Positions 23,455 to 34,902 of a DNA stretch of 64,000 bases are shown here, in pieces. Location of the stretch: the NCBI RefSeq assembly GCF_964204645.1, contig NC_134026.1, positions 7,525,950-7,589,949 on the forward strand, in the 5' to 3' direction. The first letter of the stretch is position 1; each line of letters begins with the position of its first letter. The DNA comes from Tubulanus polymorphus. Its lineage: Eukaryota; Animalia; Nemertea. Both the position numbers and the translations under genes were made by a program. The notes beneath the pieces are model-generated. The model saw only the letters and a program-made list of their open reading frames with translations, made no database searches and was not told where the DNA came from.

Positions 23455-25398
23455 GTATAGGGTTCAAATTTATAGCTGTCGAGGGTATCTCATCATTTTC
23501 GCCCAATGTTTGTATCCACAGCGATCTATGAACCTAGGTTGTACCCAACTGCGTGGTAACATTAGACACTAACGTTCCTGGTGAACCCTCTATTCAATGT
23601 CGTATTCATTGCCAGATATACCTACGTAACGTCTGAATTCAGTCTGAAGTCTCTGCTGTACGACCGGACCCTATTCATGTTTTTATGGTCGTGATAATGG
23701 GAACGTATCGAATGTCTTGTTGGGATGTTAAGGGCCCGGACTGCACGTCGATAGTCGCATAACTGTACTAGTGTGACTAGAATCAATCCATCACTTTCTC
23801 ATCGGTTTTTCTTTGTCCCGAACTGATGTTCCAATTACAGTTTCAAAAGATGGTCACAATTAAACGGTAACTAAAGCTCGGATATATAATCCATGGCTGC
23901 GCAGAAGACTTATTACGACTTCTATATCATTTCATGAAAATTCAACAGATTTTTTAAATTCAAATTATCAATTCTTATTACGACACGATGTGAAGTTAAA
24001 GAAGGCCTGGTCTTCGAAATGTAGTGGAGTATAGAAAATGAAATCATTGTCATTATCTATTGCCATGTTATCTATAAGATCTTAACTGGTAGTTTTAACC
24101 ATGGTAGGGATCGATCCATTTGGTGGTCACCTGTTTATAACCACGGTTATTCATCGGTGTGAGATGTGAGAGACAGAAGGTGACCGGTGGAGGAGAGAGA
24201 CAGAGACAAACAGCTGAAACTCAAACATCAAATGAATACCATTTACATCTCTCTAAACAGCTAATAGCCCTAACCAGTATCGGCAGCAGAAAAAATAACC
24301 TGTCAAATGATTCCGCATCGATAATGTCCAATAGATAAAAGGATTCACTGCCCTTTTGGGTGAGAGATATTTTTGTACACTAAATCACCATTGCAACCCA
24401 CGCAAACCCATCGACTAAACACGACGCACCTTTGAAGGTTTAAATGCTCTGAACATCGTACTACTTGCAGGTCTGGGCGGCGAGGGGCAGACATAGAATT
24501 GAAAGGGGTATAGATATACAGTACAGAACATAATAATCTATTTCTGAAAACAAAATGCAGCAATTATAGGTTTTTGAATGATTTTGTTTATCAAAGGTTT
24601 TGGAGGGCTCGAACCAAACCTAGTGATATCATCTGGATACCTGAATCCAGTTCTACCATTCTACAATCAGTTAGAATTTGCCCTTCAGAGTTATAGCAAT
24701 GGAAATGAACTGATTATAGCTCTTGAATCAAACATGACCAACTTCATTTGACTCTATAGTAGAAATTATTTCATTTCGAATGTTTGAACTCTAAAGCCTT
24801 ATTTGTAGAATAAACTTGTGCTTGCCCGTGGTCTCAAAACCTTAACTTCTACCGCAGTCATCGGTTTGACTCAATAAAATTGAGAGTAATTCATTTCCAG
24901 GGTTTTAACCTTAAGGAGAATTTTTAGAAAAAATGTGTCCAGGACTTTTCAGATAAGACCAGAAGCAGACCTACACTCAAACCTTTGCATGGGTTTATTA
25001 GTCTTTTCTTTCGCGTTGTGTACAGTTGTAACTGTCGGCGGCGGTCCTGAAATAATACGATTTATTAGACCACATAAAATCCCTGTCAGTACAATTACGC
25101 TGTTCCTGGACATTGCAATGAATTATACATAATACAATATAGTATAATAGAGTACTGGCTGTCGCCTAGGAGAATGTCCGGTATAATATCTGTATTCATT
25201 GTACAGTTTACCGCCTACAAATAACTCGAAACATAATCTAAGAAGTTGATACAACTTGTGGTCGACGAATTCTGCGACGGCGAAATTTAAATTGGAAATA
25301 TCACTCGAAATGAAGAAACAAAATGACGGATTTTAAACAGAATGGAATGAACATTAAAACGTTCTGCTGATAATATATACGTACTAGGCGATGTGATA

Positions 25399-28300
25399 AT
25401 GGAGTCGGATGATTGTAAAATCAAGCTTAGAAATAAATTGTCGAGTATGGGCCGACGGAAGTCTAGGAGTAAAGTTAATCCAGAAGTAGTCGACGAAGCC
25501 GATGAACAGTCGGGAGATTCAACAGCGGCCATGGCAGCAAACGGGTCAGTCATATATCTGGGTCCAGTTTCATGAAAAAGTGTAAACCAACATCGGTTAA
25601 GTTTGAATTGTTGTCCTCGATGAAAACATGAAGTAACCAATAGCAATCAATCATAAATTTGAGTTAAACATTTTTCTGAAACTGGGCCTTGTAATAGATT
25701 ACAGTAAACAATATAGTTAATTGATAATAGTAATATTCATTTCTTACATACCGCGCTCTGTATATATGGTTAAAGATAACCGGCGGATAAATACCAAAGT
25801 AACAATGAACTTTTTCACTATATGTCAACAATACACTAGTTGACACAAACCAACTGAAATCTAGTACAAAATTTGGTCTCTCTCTCTCTCTCTCCCCCCT
25901 CCCCCCTCTCTAATAAATCTTGCAAAGCAGTTCAGGTAACCGAAAATCCATAGTAGAAATTACAACTATGTCTTCAATATCAGAGCGCAAAGAGAACAAA
26001 ATCAAAAATTTCTAAAAAGACGATTTGAGTATAACTCGTAGAAATACTCTTACAATTCTAAAATAAATCCATAGTAGAAAACAGCAACTCATTATGTGAG
26101 GTGATAAAAATCCCAATCAGGTGAGGTGATATCACCTCATCATCTCTCGTCAGATGTAAAATATGATTAATTGAAACTGGACATTTACTTTCCAGAAATC
26201 TCAAGCTAAATGGTTACAAGCTAATTACATATTCAAATGCACATTATAGCAAAAACGATAGGCAGTTTTTGAAACAGTCAGTTATTTAATGCGATCGATT
26301 GTTTTAGGGGTCTATTTTTTGGTAATGACCAAACAGCTGATAAGAAACGATATAAGAATACGAAAAGAGGTGTCATATTACAGATAGAAGAGGAGGGTAA
26401 GTTTGTGTGTCTTACAGTCGTTTCTATCATTCCGATTCCGCAGTTATGAATTAGAATATCACTCTAAAAATAACTGATTGAAAATGTAAAATGATAGCTA
26501 AGATGGGTCTGGGCGTAATGGACATCCTATTTGGGCAGCTTAAAATCTAAGCGGCGAGAATCCATAGAAATGATAAGTAATGCATTTTGAAATATTCCAA
26601 GGACCCTGTTGCAATAACACTAAAATGTATGGTGTCGATTAGCGGATGAAGAAGGATCATCAGGTTTTCGGATTAAGCTATTCCGGAATAGGTAGAGCGT
26701 ATTCTAGTCGAAACGAACACGCCAGAAGATTTATATTCCGCAATCAGTGGAGAGACCGCTCAAGAATATGAATCCAGGGAAAACAAAATCCACACGACCA
26801 TGAACTGGGTCCAGGGTAAAAGAAATCCAAAAAACTGCGGAACTAGCCTTAGGATTACTAAAATTTCACGGTTACTGATTGCTCAATTTAGATCATCTGC
26901 TTTAAATATCTAATTCTTTTCTAGACGACGTTGAAAATGGCGATTTCACCGAAGCGGGAACCGGTTTGGAAGGATGCCAGGAGAATTTCAAAACCTCAAA
27001 CAACTGCACCGATGATCAGATAATCATTGCCGGAAACAGAACGATCTTACAGTATTTCATCCGATTAGGAGAAAGTAATGACTCGGATGAGACGATGAAT
27101 TTCGATTTTCTAGAACAATTATTTGAAGTCGGGACGAATCCGAATTGTTCAGATATACACGGACAGACTCTCCTGCACGAGGTAAATTTCAGGCCCACGA
27201 TAAAAGCTGTTTTTGGACACTACCCGAATACGTAAAGCTCGTCGTTTCCATACGCAATCTAAATCTTTGAACTGCAGGCTGTGAGATCGTGGCACACAGA
27301 CGTGGCAAAGTTTCTGATTGACCACGGTGCATCGGTGAATTCCTGTGATAACTATGGACGAACACCTTTACACGTGGCAGCTAAACTCAACTATCCGGCT
27401 ATGGTCAAATTACTTATCAAACATGGTGGTAAGATTCATTGCCAAAAAGACGAATTATTTACTTATGATAAGTATTAGCTTATTAAGTTTGAAGTAACCC
27501 GTCCACTTCCAAGTGACAAGCGGGTTAGAGTCCTGCTGGCTGCTTACAGCGTGCGGGTAACGCTTCAAATGAACAAAATCCAATCGGGTTCAATTTGGGA
27601 AATCAACTACCAAGCGACGTCAAGCAAACCCAACAAAGAAACTGATTATCAATTAAAAGGACTGTTTAATCTTTATTATGTTATAGCCGATAAAGAAGCC
27701 CGTACTGCAGGTGAACTACAAACTGCTGTACATTACGCCGCTAAGAATGATTCAGTAGAAGCCCTTGAAGTGATGCTCAGCGCGAACTGTAAATACAAAT
27801 ACGTTCGGGATTACAGAGGACGAACACCGTTACATATAGCTGCAGAATTCAGTAAGTTCTGGGCAGAGTAAAAATTCATCTAACATACAGTGCTTTATTT
27901 ACGATAAACTCCTTCCTGGATAATGGTTTAGGACTTGAGTTAAGATCAGTTGAGTTTGTAATTAGTCAGATCTTAACTAACAACTATCGAACTGGATACT
28001 GATCATGTTTTAGAACATAATATCTATTGTATTAAATATTGTAATTAATATTGTATTTTTTGTTCCTCAGGACCCAGTTCAACAGTTGTGAGTTAGAGTT
28101 AACTCTAACATACAGTGCTTTATTTACGAATATAAACTCCTTCCTGGATAATGATCAGTTGACTTTCTAATTACTCAAATCTCAACTCACAACTATCGAA
28201 CTGGATACTGATTCATTAATGTATTTTTTGTTCCTCTGAAGATGAGGTTTAGTTTTATCCTCGAAAATATAAGGAAATAAACTGTTTTCTACAGATCTAA

Positions 28301-31300
28301 CTGGGATTTTATTCGTTAACTTTACACTGAGATTTATATCAGTTCACTGCAGTCATATCTATTCATCTTAAGATGGAATTTAGATCAGTTCCGGATTCTA
28401 TTGAATCCTGATGCATCTTCATTTGTGTAAGATGTTCTTATTTCCTATATCTCAGATCGTAGTGAAGCGGCGATATTTCTGTTGAAGAATAACGCTCCAG
28501 CTGGAGTTAGAGACAGTTCACATGAGCCTCTCATTGTCTGGTTAATTCTAAATATGCCAATGGTCGTAAGTATCAGTGCTGGGTGGTGGTTTTTTTCTAG
28601 GGGTGGGGTGGGGCGGGGGGAGGGGTATCATCTGGACGCAGTTTCATGAAAAGCAGTTTCATGCATTGCTGTCCTCATTGAAACGATGATGTAACAAATT
28701 TAGCAACAAAACGTAAACTTGAGTTTAAATTTTGAGTACAACGAAATCAATGATAAATGTGAAAGATGGGTATAGTCCTAAAGATGCTGAAACATGAACA
28801 TCCTCTAATATTTCAAAATGGCGAAAATTATTAGAAATTATTGCTTCGTATTTCTAATGACTTTTAATGGATTTGAGTTCTTATCAAATCAGTTTTTTTC
28901 TATAATTTTCCAGGCGAAATTAGCGCTTAATCAATTCCACAAACTCGACAGGACAAACCGTAGGCAGTATTATTTATTGAATCATTTAGAATCGAAACCG
29001 GTCGAAGATGACGGGCGTAAGTATCGAGACTAAAGTTAGTTTAATTTATTGACGATGCTGCCTCAAAATATCGGTGCATTCCTAACGCAAAGCTATGGAG
29101 TCGAGATTTTTGGTTTGATTTCAATAAGCTGTCCGATTGGTTTGATTTCAATTAGCTGTTTTCTTTATGCCAAACTATTTACCCATCAATAGTTAGTATT
29201 TCCAACTTGAATTTTAATATATTCATAAAGTTCGATGATATTCCGCTAGATGGCGAGTTTGTTATTTATGGCTATTCCTTTTTTCAGCTTTACCGGAAGG
29301 CACAGACACAGTAAGTAGACTAACACACATTACACATTAGAAATAAGATTAAAAAGTATTCAATAACATAATCGATGTATACATTGTCTCAATCCATGCG
29401 TCAATCGCTTTTTGATTAACACATTGTAGGCCTATTGTTTGAGGAATTCTGTATGAAATGAGGTTTATTTTAGGATGTCAAGATGATTTTCTTTTTTCAT
29501 TGACTGCCAATTCCCATTTCTTTATCTTGAAGATGTCAGCTATCAAAGCGGTGAATTCATATCAGTTAGTCACCCATCCAGTTATACAACGACTGATCAA
29601 TGTAAAATGGAAACTATTTGCGAGGTAAAATGCTATCAACTCTTATAGGGGCTATTTCTTCGGTCGCGTAACGGGGACATTTCAAATGTCAGTTATTCAG
29701 TTATTTCGATAATTTTCAGGATCCAACAATTCAGTTTTAAACTTTTTTTTGGAAACTGAACGAATGTCAGATCTTTTGTAGAATCATTTGTAGAATTTGT
29801 AATTTTTTCTAAATTTGTAGAATAATTTTACAACGTATTTGTAATGAATGTAATGATATATCTATTATCGCGTTTAGGAGGACGACGGTTCTGAAATTGA
29901 TATTTCATATTGTATTTGTGTTGGGATGGACCTTTGAATGCGTTCTATCGCACAGAATATATCATTCCTTCTACATCTTGCCACATGACTGGTGGAGAAT
30001 AGCGCTACAGGTAACAATGCCACCAGGTGGTGTATACTGGTACCGCTTTCTAGGCTCATATTTCATATACTAACAATATTCGGGAAAATTAAATTTGTAG
30101 GCTTTTATAAATATCACGACTGTGGTTGAAATAGGGATTGAAGTCGACGAATTGAGAACTTTATCCAAATCACAAAAGGTATGAATACGTTAACCGACTA
30201 GACTCGATTATGAAAAAGTTAACCCCCTATCCTCATAACCCGATTATATGTCGAATAACAATTCATTTTCTCTTTTTTAATTCAGAAAAGTCTGAAGTGG
30301 CGAAAAGCGAAAATTAATGAAGATTTGCAGTTTGTGCATCCCAGATGGCCCGAAGAAGAACAGTTTCTAGTCAAACAGAAACAATCATTAGAAATTAGGA
30401 GTCAATACTGGAAGGATTTCTGGTAAGGACTTCAGACGCATACACCTGTTACAATAGATAATAAACTTATGGATATAATATAAATTTAATGAAATAGTAA
30501 TGCTTGATACATAAATACATTGTATGAATACAATGCAACATAATAGAAATATGGTGTGGATGTAGATAATCTGCACCAGAATTTTTCGGAATCAAATCTG
30601 CTTATGAAATTCATTTTTAATCATCGATGATAATTGTTTCTGTTTCAGGAATATATTCGATTGGATTTGTTTGTTTCTATTGGTAGCCTGTCAAACGATA
30701 CACGCTGTCGATGTTTCTTTCGCTACATATGTCGAGGCGCTAACACGGAATACAATACGTCTTTATACTGTTACAATTATCTTCATTTGGCTTCGATTGA
30801 TGAAAGATGTAAGACCTTTCACTTTATGTGGTAAGGATTGAGCAATCTCACAGTCACGTGGATTTCATTTGCCACTGATTCATTCATTTACATTGGACTC
30901 AGTTCCACAGCTTCAATTCAATAGTCGTACAGTTATTTCAATCTGTATTACAGGACCTATAAATGAAATGTTGATATGGTTTTTTTCAGGACCATTCATA
31001 GTGATGTTGGGTAAAATGTTGTCGGATATTTTGAGATTCATGTTTCTCTACGGTATCTTCTATGTACCATTCGGTAAGTAACAATCTATTCTGAGAAACA
31101 CCTTTTCAATATAGGACCCTATGCTTCGATTTCGATGAAGCTGATGTTATTAGGTTCGAATCCCGCAAGATATAGGAACATTCTTCATTTCCGTCGTATA
31201 ACAAGGTTCGAATCCCGCAATGTATTGGAACATTGTGCATTTCCGTGCTATTTGGTTCTCATTCGACTTAATACATTTTTGATTTCCCCACCTCGAAGGT

Positions 31301-34300
31301 CGAATCCCAGTGTATACAAAACTATTCCTTTGATTTGTGTTCTTTGAAGTTCGAATCCCCGTAAATAGAGGAATTGTAATAGTCAATCTTTTTATTTTGC
31401 AGCGTGCGCTTTTTGGATGCAGTTTGGCGGAGATATCCCTTATTCCTATTTATCCACCGTGAACTCTAATAATTATACAGTGACGATAAACAACAACACG
31501 AATTACACTGATGCGATCCTTCGCTTTGGAGGTCCGACTAAACAAATTAATGGATTCGCGACCGTCGCCGAACTATTATTCAGTGTATTCAGAATGACCT
31601 TAGTAGATGAGTACCCCTGGCAAGTGAGTATAAATGTCGATAATCATTTCTCATAGGCCCGAAAATCATTCATATATACCAATAGCACCAGTTGACTTGA
31701 ATTTTTTTGATTTTGATATAAAAATTTTGAATTTATCTGTAGTAGTATATCATAACTGGTGAGAGAACAAAGATATTCCGATATTTTGGTATTCAGATCG
31801 GTAAACTGATGTCAGACGTTTTGTATTTTTATCAGGAGATCTATGAAGTCGACCCGGTAATGGCGACGATTTTAGTGGTCACGTGGTTAGCTATATCCGC
31901 TATTCTATGCATCAACATATTTATAGCGATGCTGTCCGACACATTCCAAAGGTAATCAAATTAAAATCAAATGTAAATTTACCCAGGCCCTAAATCCTAT
32001 ATGTCTTTCACTAGTTTTTTTTCAAAAATCAGTCAACTCAAATGGAGAGAATAATATATTTGCTACCCATAAATTAAACGTACAAATAAGATTATATATC
32101 AAATAAATAGAAGCTTAGAAAAAATCTGGCTCCTATGTCCTACTGTGCACTAGCGACACCTGGTGGATCCTCAGTTGGAACAAGAGGCAACCTCGGTTGC
32201 ACCTAGTTGATATCCGACTGCACACTCGGTGGCACCTGGTGGATCCTCACTTGTCATAATTGGAATTATCCTTGATTGCCATAGTCTACTGGCCGATGTT
32301 TTTAAGGTATTTTGTGGGATGTTTATTTGCAGGGTTTATGATAACGCTAAAGCTACGGCTTTGATGCAGAAAATGTTAACAGTTCACGCGATAGAACAAG
32401 ATTTATCTGCCAAGAAATACAGAGAAGTGAAAGCTGAAATCTTCAAGTCTTATTCTCCCGAATCTTTATTCTACGATCAGGATCCTTCAACAGACGACCA
32501 ATCTGAACTGAAACATAATATAGGACAGTTACATGTAGGTGTGACGTCAGAGGGGGAGAGGCTGGGATTGTATTACACATTACCGTTATCCGTTCATATT
32601 TGACGCAATAGAATGAACTAAATTCAACTCGTGTCTAACTGACCCAAAAACCGTGGAACTTTTTTCTGAACTGTAGAACTAGGCCCTGAACGATAGTACT
32701 ACATTCTCAGCGGTATGATTGGGTCCTGGATGGTATATTGGGTCCTGAACGGCAGAACTGTGTTCTGAGCGATAGAATTGGGTCCTGAATGGTGAAATAT
32801 GGCTCTGAATGGTAGAATTGGGACATGAACAGTAAAACAGGTCCTGAACGATAGGACTGGCCCGTGAACGGTAGAACTTGGTCATTAACTGTAGAATTGG
32901 GTCTTTAACGGTAAAATTGGGTCCCGAATAGTAGAATTTTGTCCTGAATGGTAGAATTGGGTCATGGATGGTAAAATTAGGTCCTGAACGATAGAACTGG
33001 CTCATGAACGGTATTGTTGGGTCTTGAACGGTAGAACTGGGTCTTTAACGGTAGAATTGGATCCCGAACGGTAGAAATGGGTTATTGAACGATGGAATTG
33101 GGTCCTTTAATAAACATTATCAATGTTCAATATTTGTAGGAGCAGTTGATTAATATCAAGTCGTGGTTGGCGCACAAATTAGGTTTTAGTGAAAAGGATG
33201 ATGATAGCGAGGATGATACGGATGTGAACACCGTGAATAGTATAATCAAGGTTAGTTAAAACAATAATCAATAGGGGACGCTGTGAGTGAATATAGTTTA
33301 ACTCATAATCAATAGTGGAAACTCTACACTCTCCTCAGCCCCACTTATCCCCCCGCTTATTTTGTCCAGAATTAACTTATTCTCATATCGCTGACTTGTT
33401 GTTTGAAGCTTTCGGCGGTTGTGAAGGAATCGGCAAATGTTAGAAATAGAGAAATACTAGGAATGAAAACGGATACAGCGAATATGAAAGATCAGATAGA
33501 AACGATGAACCATTCAATACAAACATTCATCAGTGAACAACAACAGAAAACTGAGCATATCGAATTAATGATAAGGAAATTACTGAAAGACAGGAAAATT
33601 AAGGAACCAGGTATTTCTCGACTTTTAATCTAGACAGTTTTTCTGGTTACAACATATTTCATCCATTTCTATTGTTTTTGGCTGCCAGCTTGACGATAAG
33701 GTGCCACCTCCAAGTGCTAGACGAATAACTCGTAGGTTGTCACTGAAGCTGTTAAAAATAGTCAGTCTTTGCTCGAAATTGATCAATGAGCATAGAGTTT
33801 GAAGCAGTTTTTTCATATTGCCAGCCATAAGGAACTGTTTTATTCACGTGTGGCAGGGTCTTATCGTAAATATGAAGAATCTCAACGAATATATTCGTAG
33901 CCGGTACTGGTGACAGAACCGGAAGTACGAGTTAACTCGTAGCTGGCAGCCAACGTGAATTAGGAGTCCAAATTGAAAACAAAAAAAAAAATTAATTCTT
34001 ACGGCCAGTTTTTTCAGATCACCGTGATTCGGTCGCTAAGAAACATCTAGGTCAGATGTCTACGGAAACTACTGAACAATCCCGATCTACTCACCGTCGG
34101 AAATCTCCGGAATCGGGCGAGAAAGTACGTTATTCTCGTACGTTCTCGTTGCCCTCGTCTTTAGAAGTTTTTCGCGAACGAGACGAACAAGGTCCAGTGG
34201 CACCCCCTAGGTATTATATGGATAAATTAAAAATCTTCAATTTATTCAACGATTTTGAAGATGTTCAACAGTCGTTTTTAATATTCCAGGGGTCGCCGGA

Positions 34301-34346
34301 AGAAGTCGAGAGTGACGTCACTACAACCAGTACACTCGGCCTCTGA
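25399..34346 (+). CDS. Ankyrin-repeat TRP cation channel (TRPV/TRPA-related), 20 coding exons, ~976 aa
   Basis: Phase-consistent GT-AG exons: 25399-25544, 26308-26396, 26925-27181, 27278-27428, 27687-27851, 28456-28565, 28914-29016, 29288-29310, 29533-29624, 29878-30010, 30101-30178, 30286-30422, 30649-30830, 30990-31073, 31403-31623, 31836-31951, 32333-32534, 33140-33250, 33409-33610, 34018-34346 (2931 nt, open). Motifs: GRTPLH ankyrins, HPVIQRLINVKW pre-S1, WNIFD (S3), GPFIVML (S4-S5), FRMTLVDEY pore, NIFIAMLSDTFQRV (S6), coiled-coil-like tail. The first two exons are the least certain. Confidence 0.93.
25561..25688. mobile_element. MITE (ggnccagtttca...tgaaactgggcc) in TRP intron 1; family members at 28633-28735, 34775-34902, 42083-42433, 48754-48881, 52560-52688
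   Basis: Shared TIRs; the 34775 copy also shares the internal 'ttaagtttgaattgttgtc...gaaaacatgaagtaac'. Confidence 0.75.
27880..28210. repeat. Two tandem copies of a 'ccagttc(a)acagttgtgagtt...aactcacaactatcgaactgg' MITE-like unit in TRP intron 5
   Basis: 'taacatacagtgctttatttacga...aactccttcctggataatg...caactatcgaactggatactgat' at ~27881 and ~28106. Confidence 0.7.
28231..28276 (+). ncRNA. Minimal type-I hammerhead ribozyme motif in TRP intron 5 (sense)
   Basis: TTCCT-CTGAAGA-T-GAGG(TTTAGTTTTAT)CCTC-GAAA-ATA-TA-AGGAA, then AATAAA: stem I TTCCT/AGGAA, stem II GAGG/CCTC, core intact. Confidence 0.68.
31153..31360 (+). repeat. Degenerate ~50-bp tandem repeat, most units carrying a B-box-like G(G)TTCGAATCCC, in TRP intron 14
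   Basis: Motif at ~31153, 31205, 31298 and 31349. Confidence 0.7.
32682..33106. repeat. 20-bp minisatellite (GGTCCTGAACGGTAGAATTG), about 21 units, in TRP intron 17
   Basis: Direct inspection. Confidence 0.92.
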
Positions 34347-34774
34347 TATAGACACAGACCCTTGAGACTTAACATTCAGGGGTTCTCCGGCAAAACTGAA
34401 CAAACCCTGTAAATGATTTCTAAAACGGTGGTATGCCTGTGATAGTTTAATCTGAATTGATTATTAAACATTTTTTGAAAAAAGTATTTTGCTAATGCTG
34501 ATTTTTTTTCTCGTCAAAATAAAAATTAATCGAATTTCATAATTTTTCTTAAAGAAATGAATAAATGAATGTCGTATTCGTTTGTCTGAGGATTCTTGGA
34601 TTGGTCGATTTTTGATGGGGGGGGGGGGCAGATGACTGAATAGCAGTTTTTCCACGCCCATGGATCCCAGTGCCACATTGTGTTACCCAGCAGCCCTGTT
34701 ATTCTCCCTAGTAGCCCGATAGTCCAGTACACCCTTGTTCCCAATAGTGGATCTACAACCCATAATGGTCCCCT

Positions 34775-34902
34775 GGGCCCAGTTTCACGAAAAGTTTAAG
34801 CCTAAAACGATTAAGTTTGAATTGTTGTCATCATTGAAAACATGAAGTAACAATCGGCAATTACACAAAAAATTGAGTTTAACTTTTTTGTGAAACTGAG
34901 CC
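34775..34902. mobile_element. MITE (same family as 25561-25688)
   Basis: 'gggcccagtttcacgaaaag...ttttttgtgaaactgagcc'. Confidence 0.75.

Noticed and set aside
24598-24668. tRNA-Leu/Ser-like sequence on the minus strand (CTGGATTCAGGTATCCAG...GGTTCGAGCCC)
   Set aside because: No acceptor stem and an irregular anticodon loop; at most a decayed SINE head.
32682-33106. CRISPR-like appearance of regular short repeats (also 13853-14070, 57385-57634, 7020-7295)
   Set aside because: Head-to-tail degenerate units without unique spacers, no cas genes, eukaryotic context.
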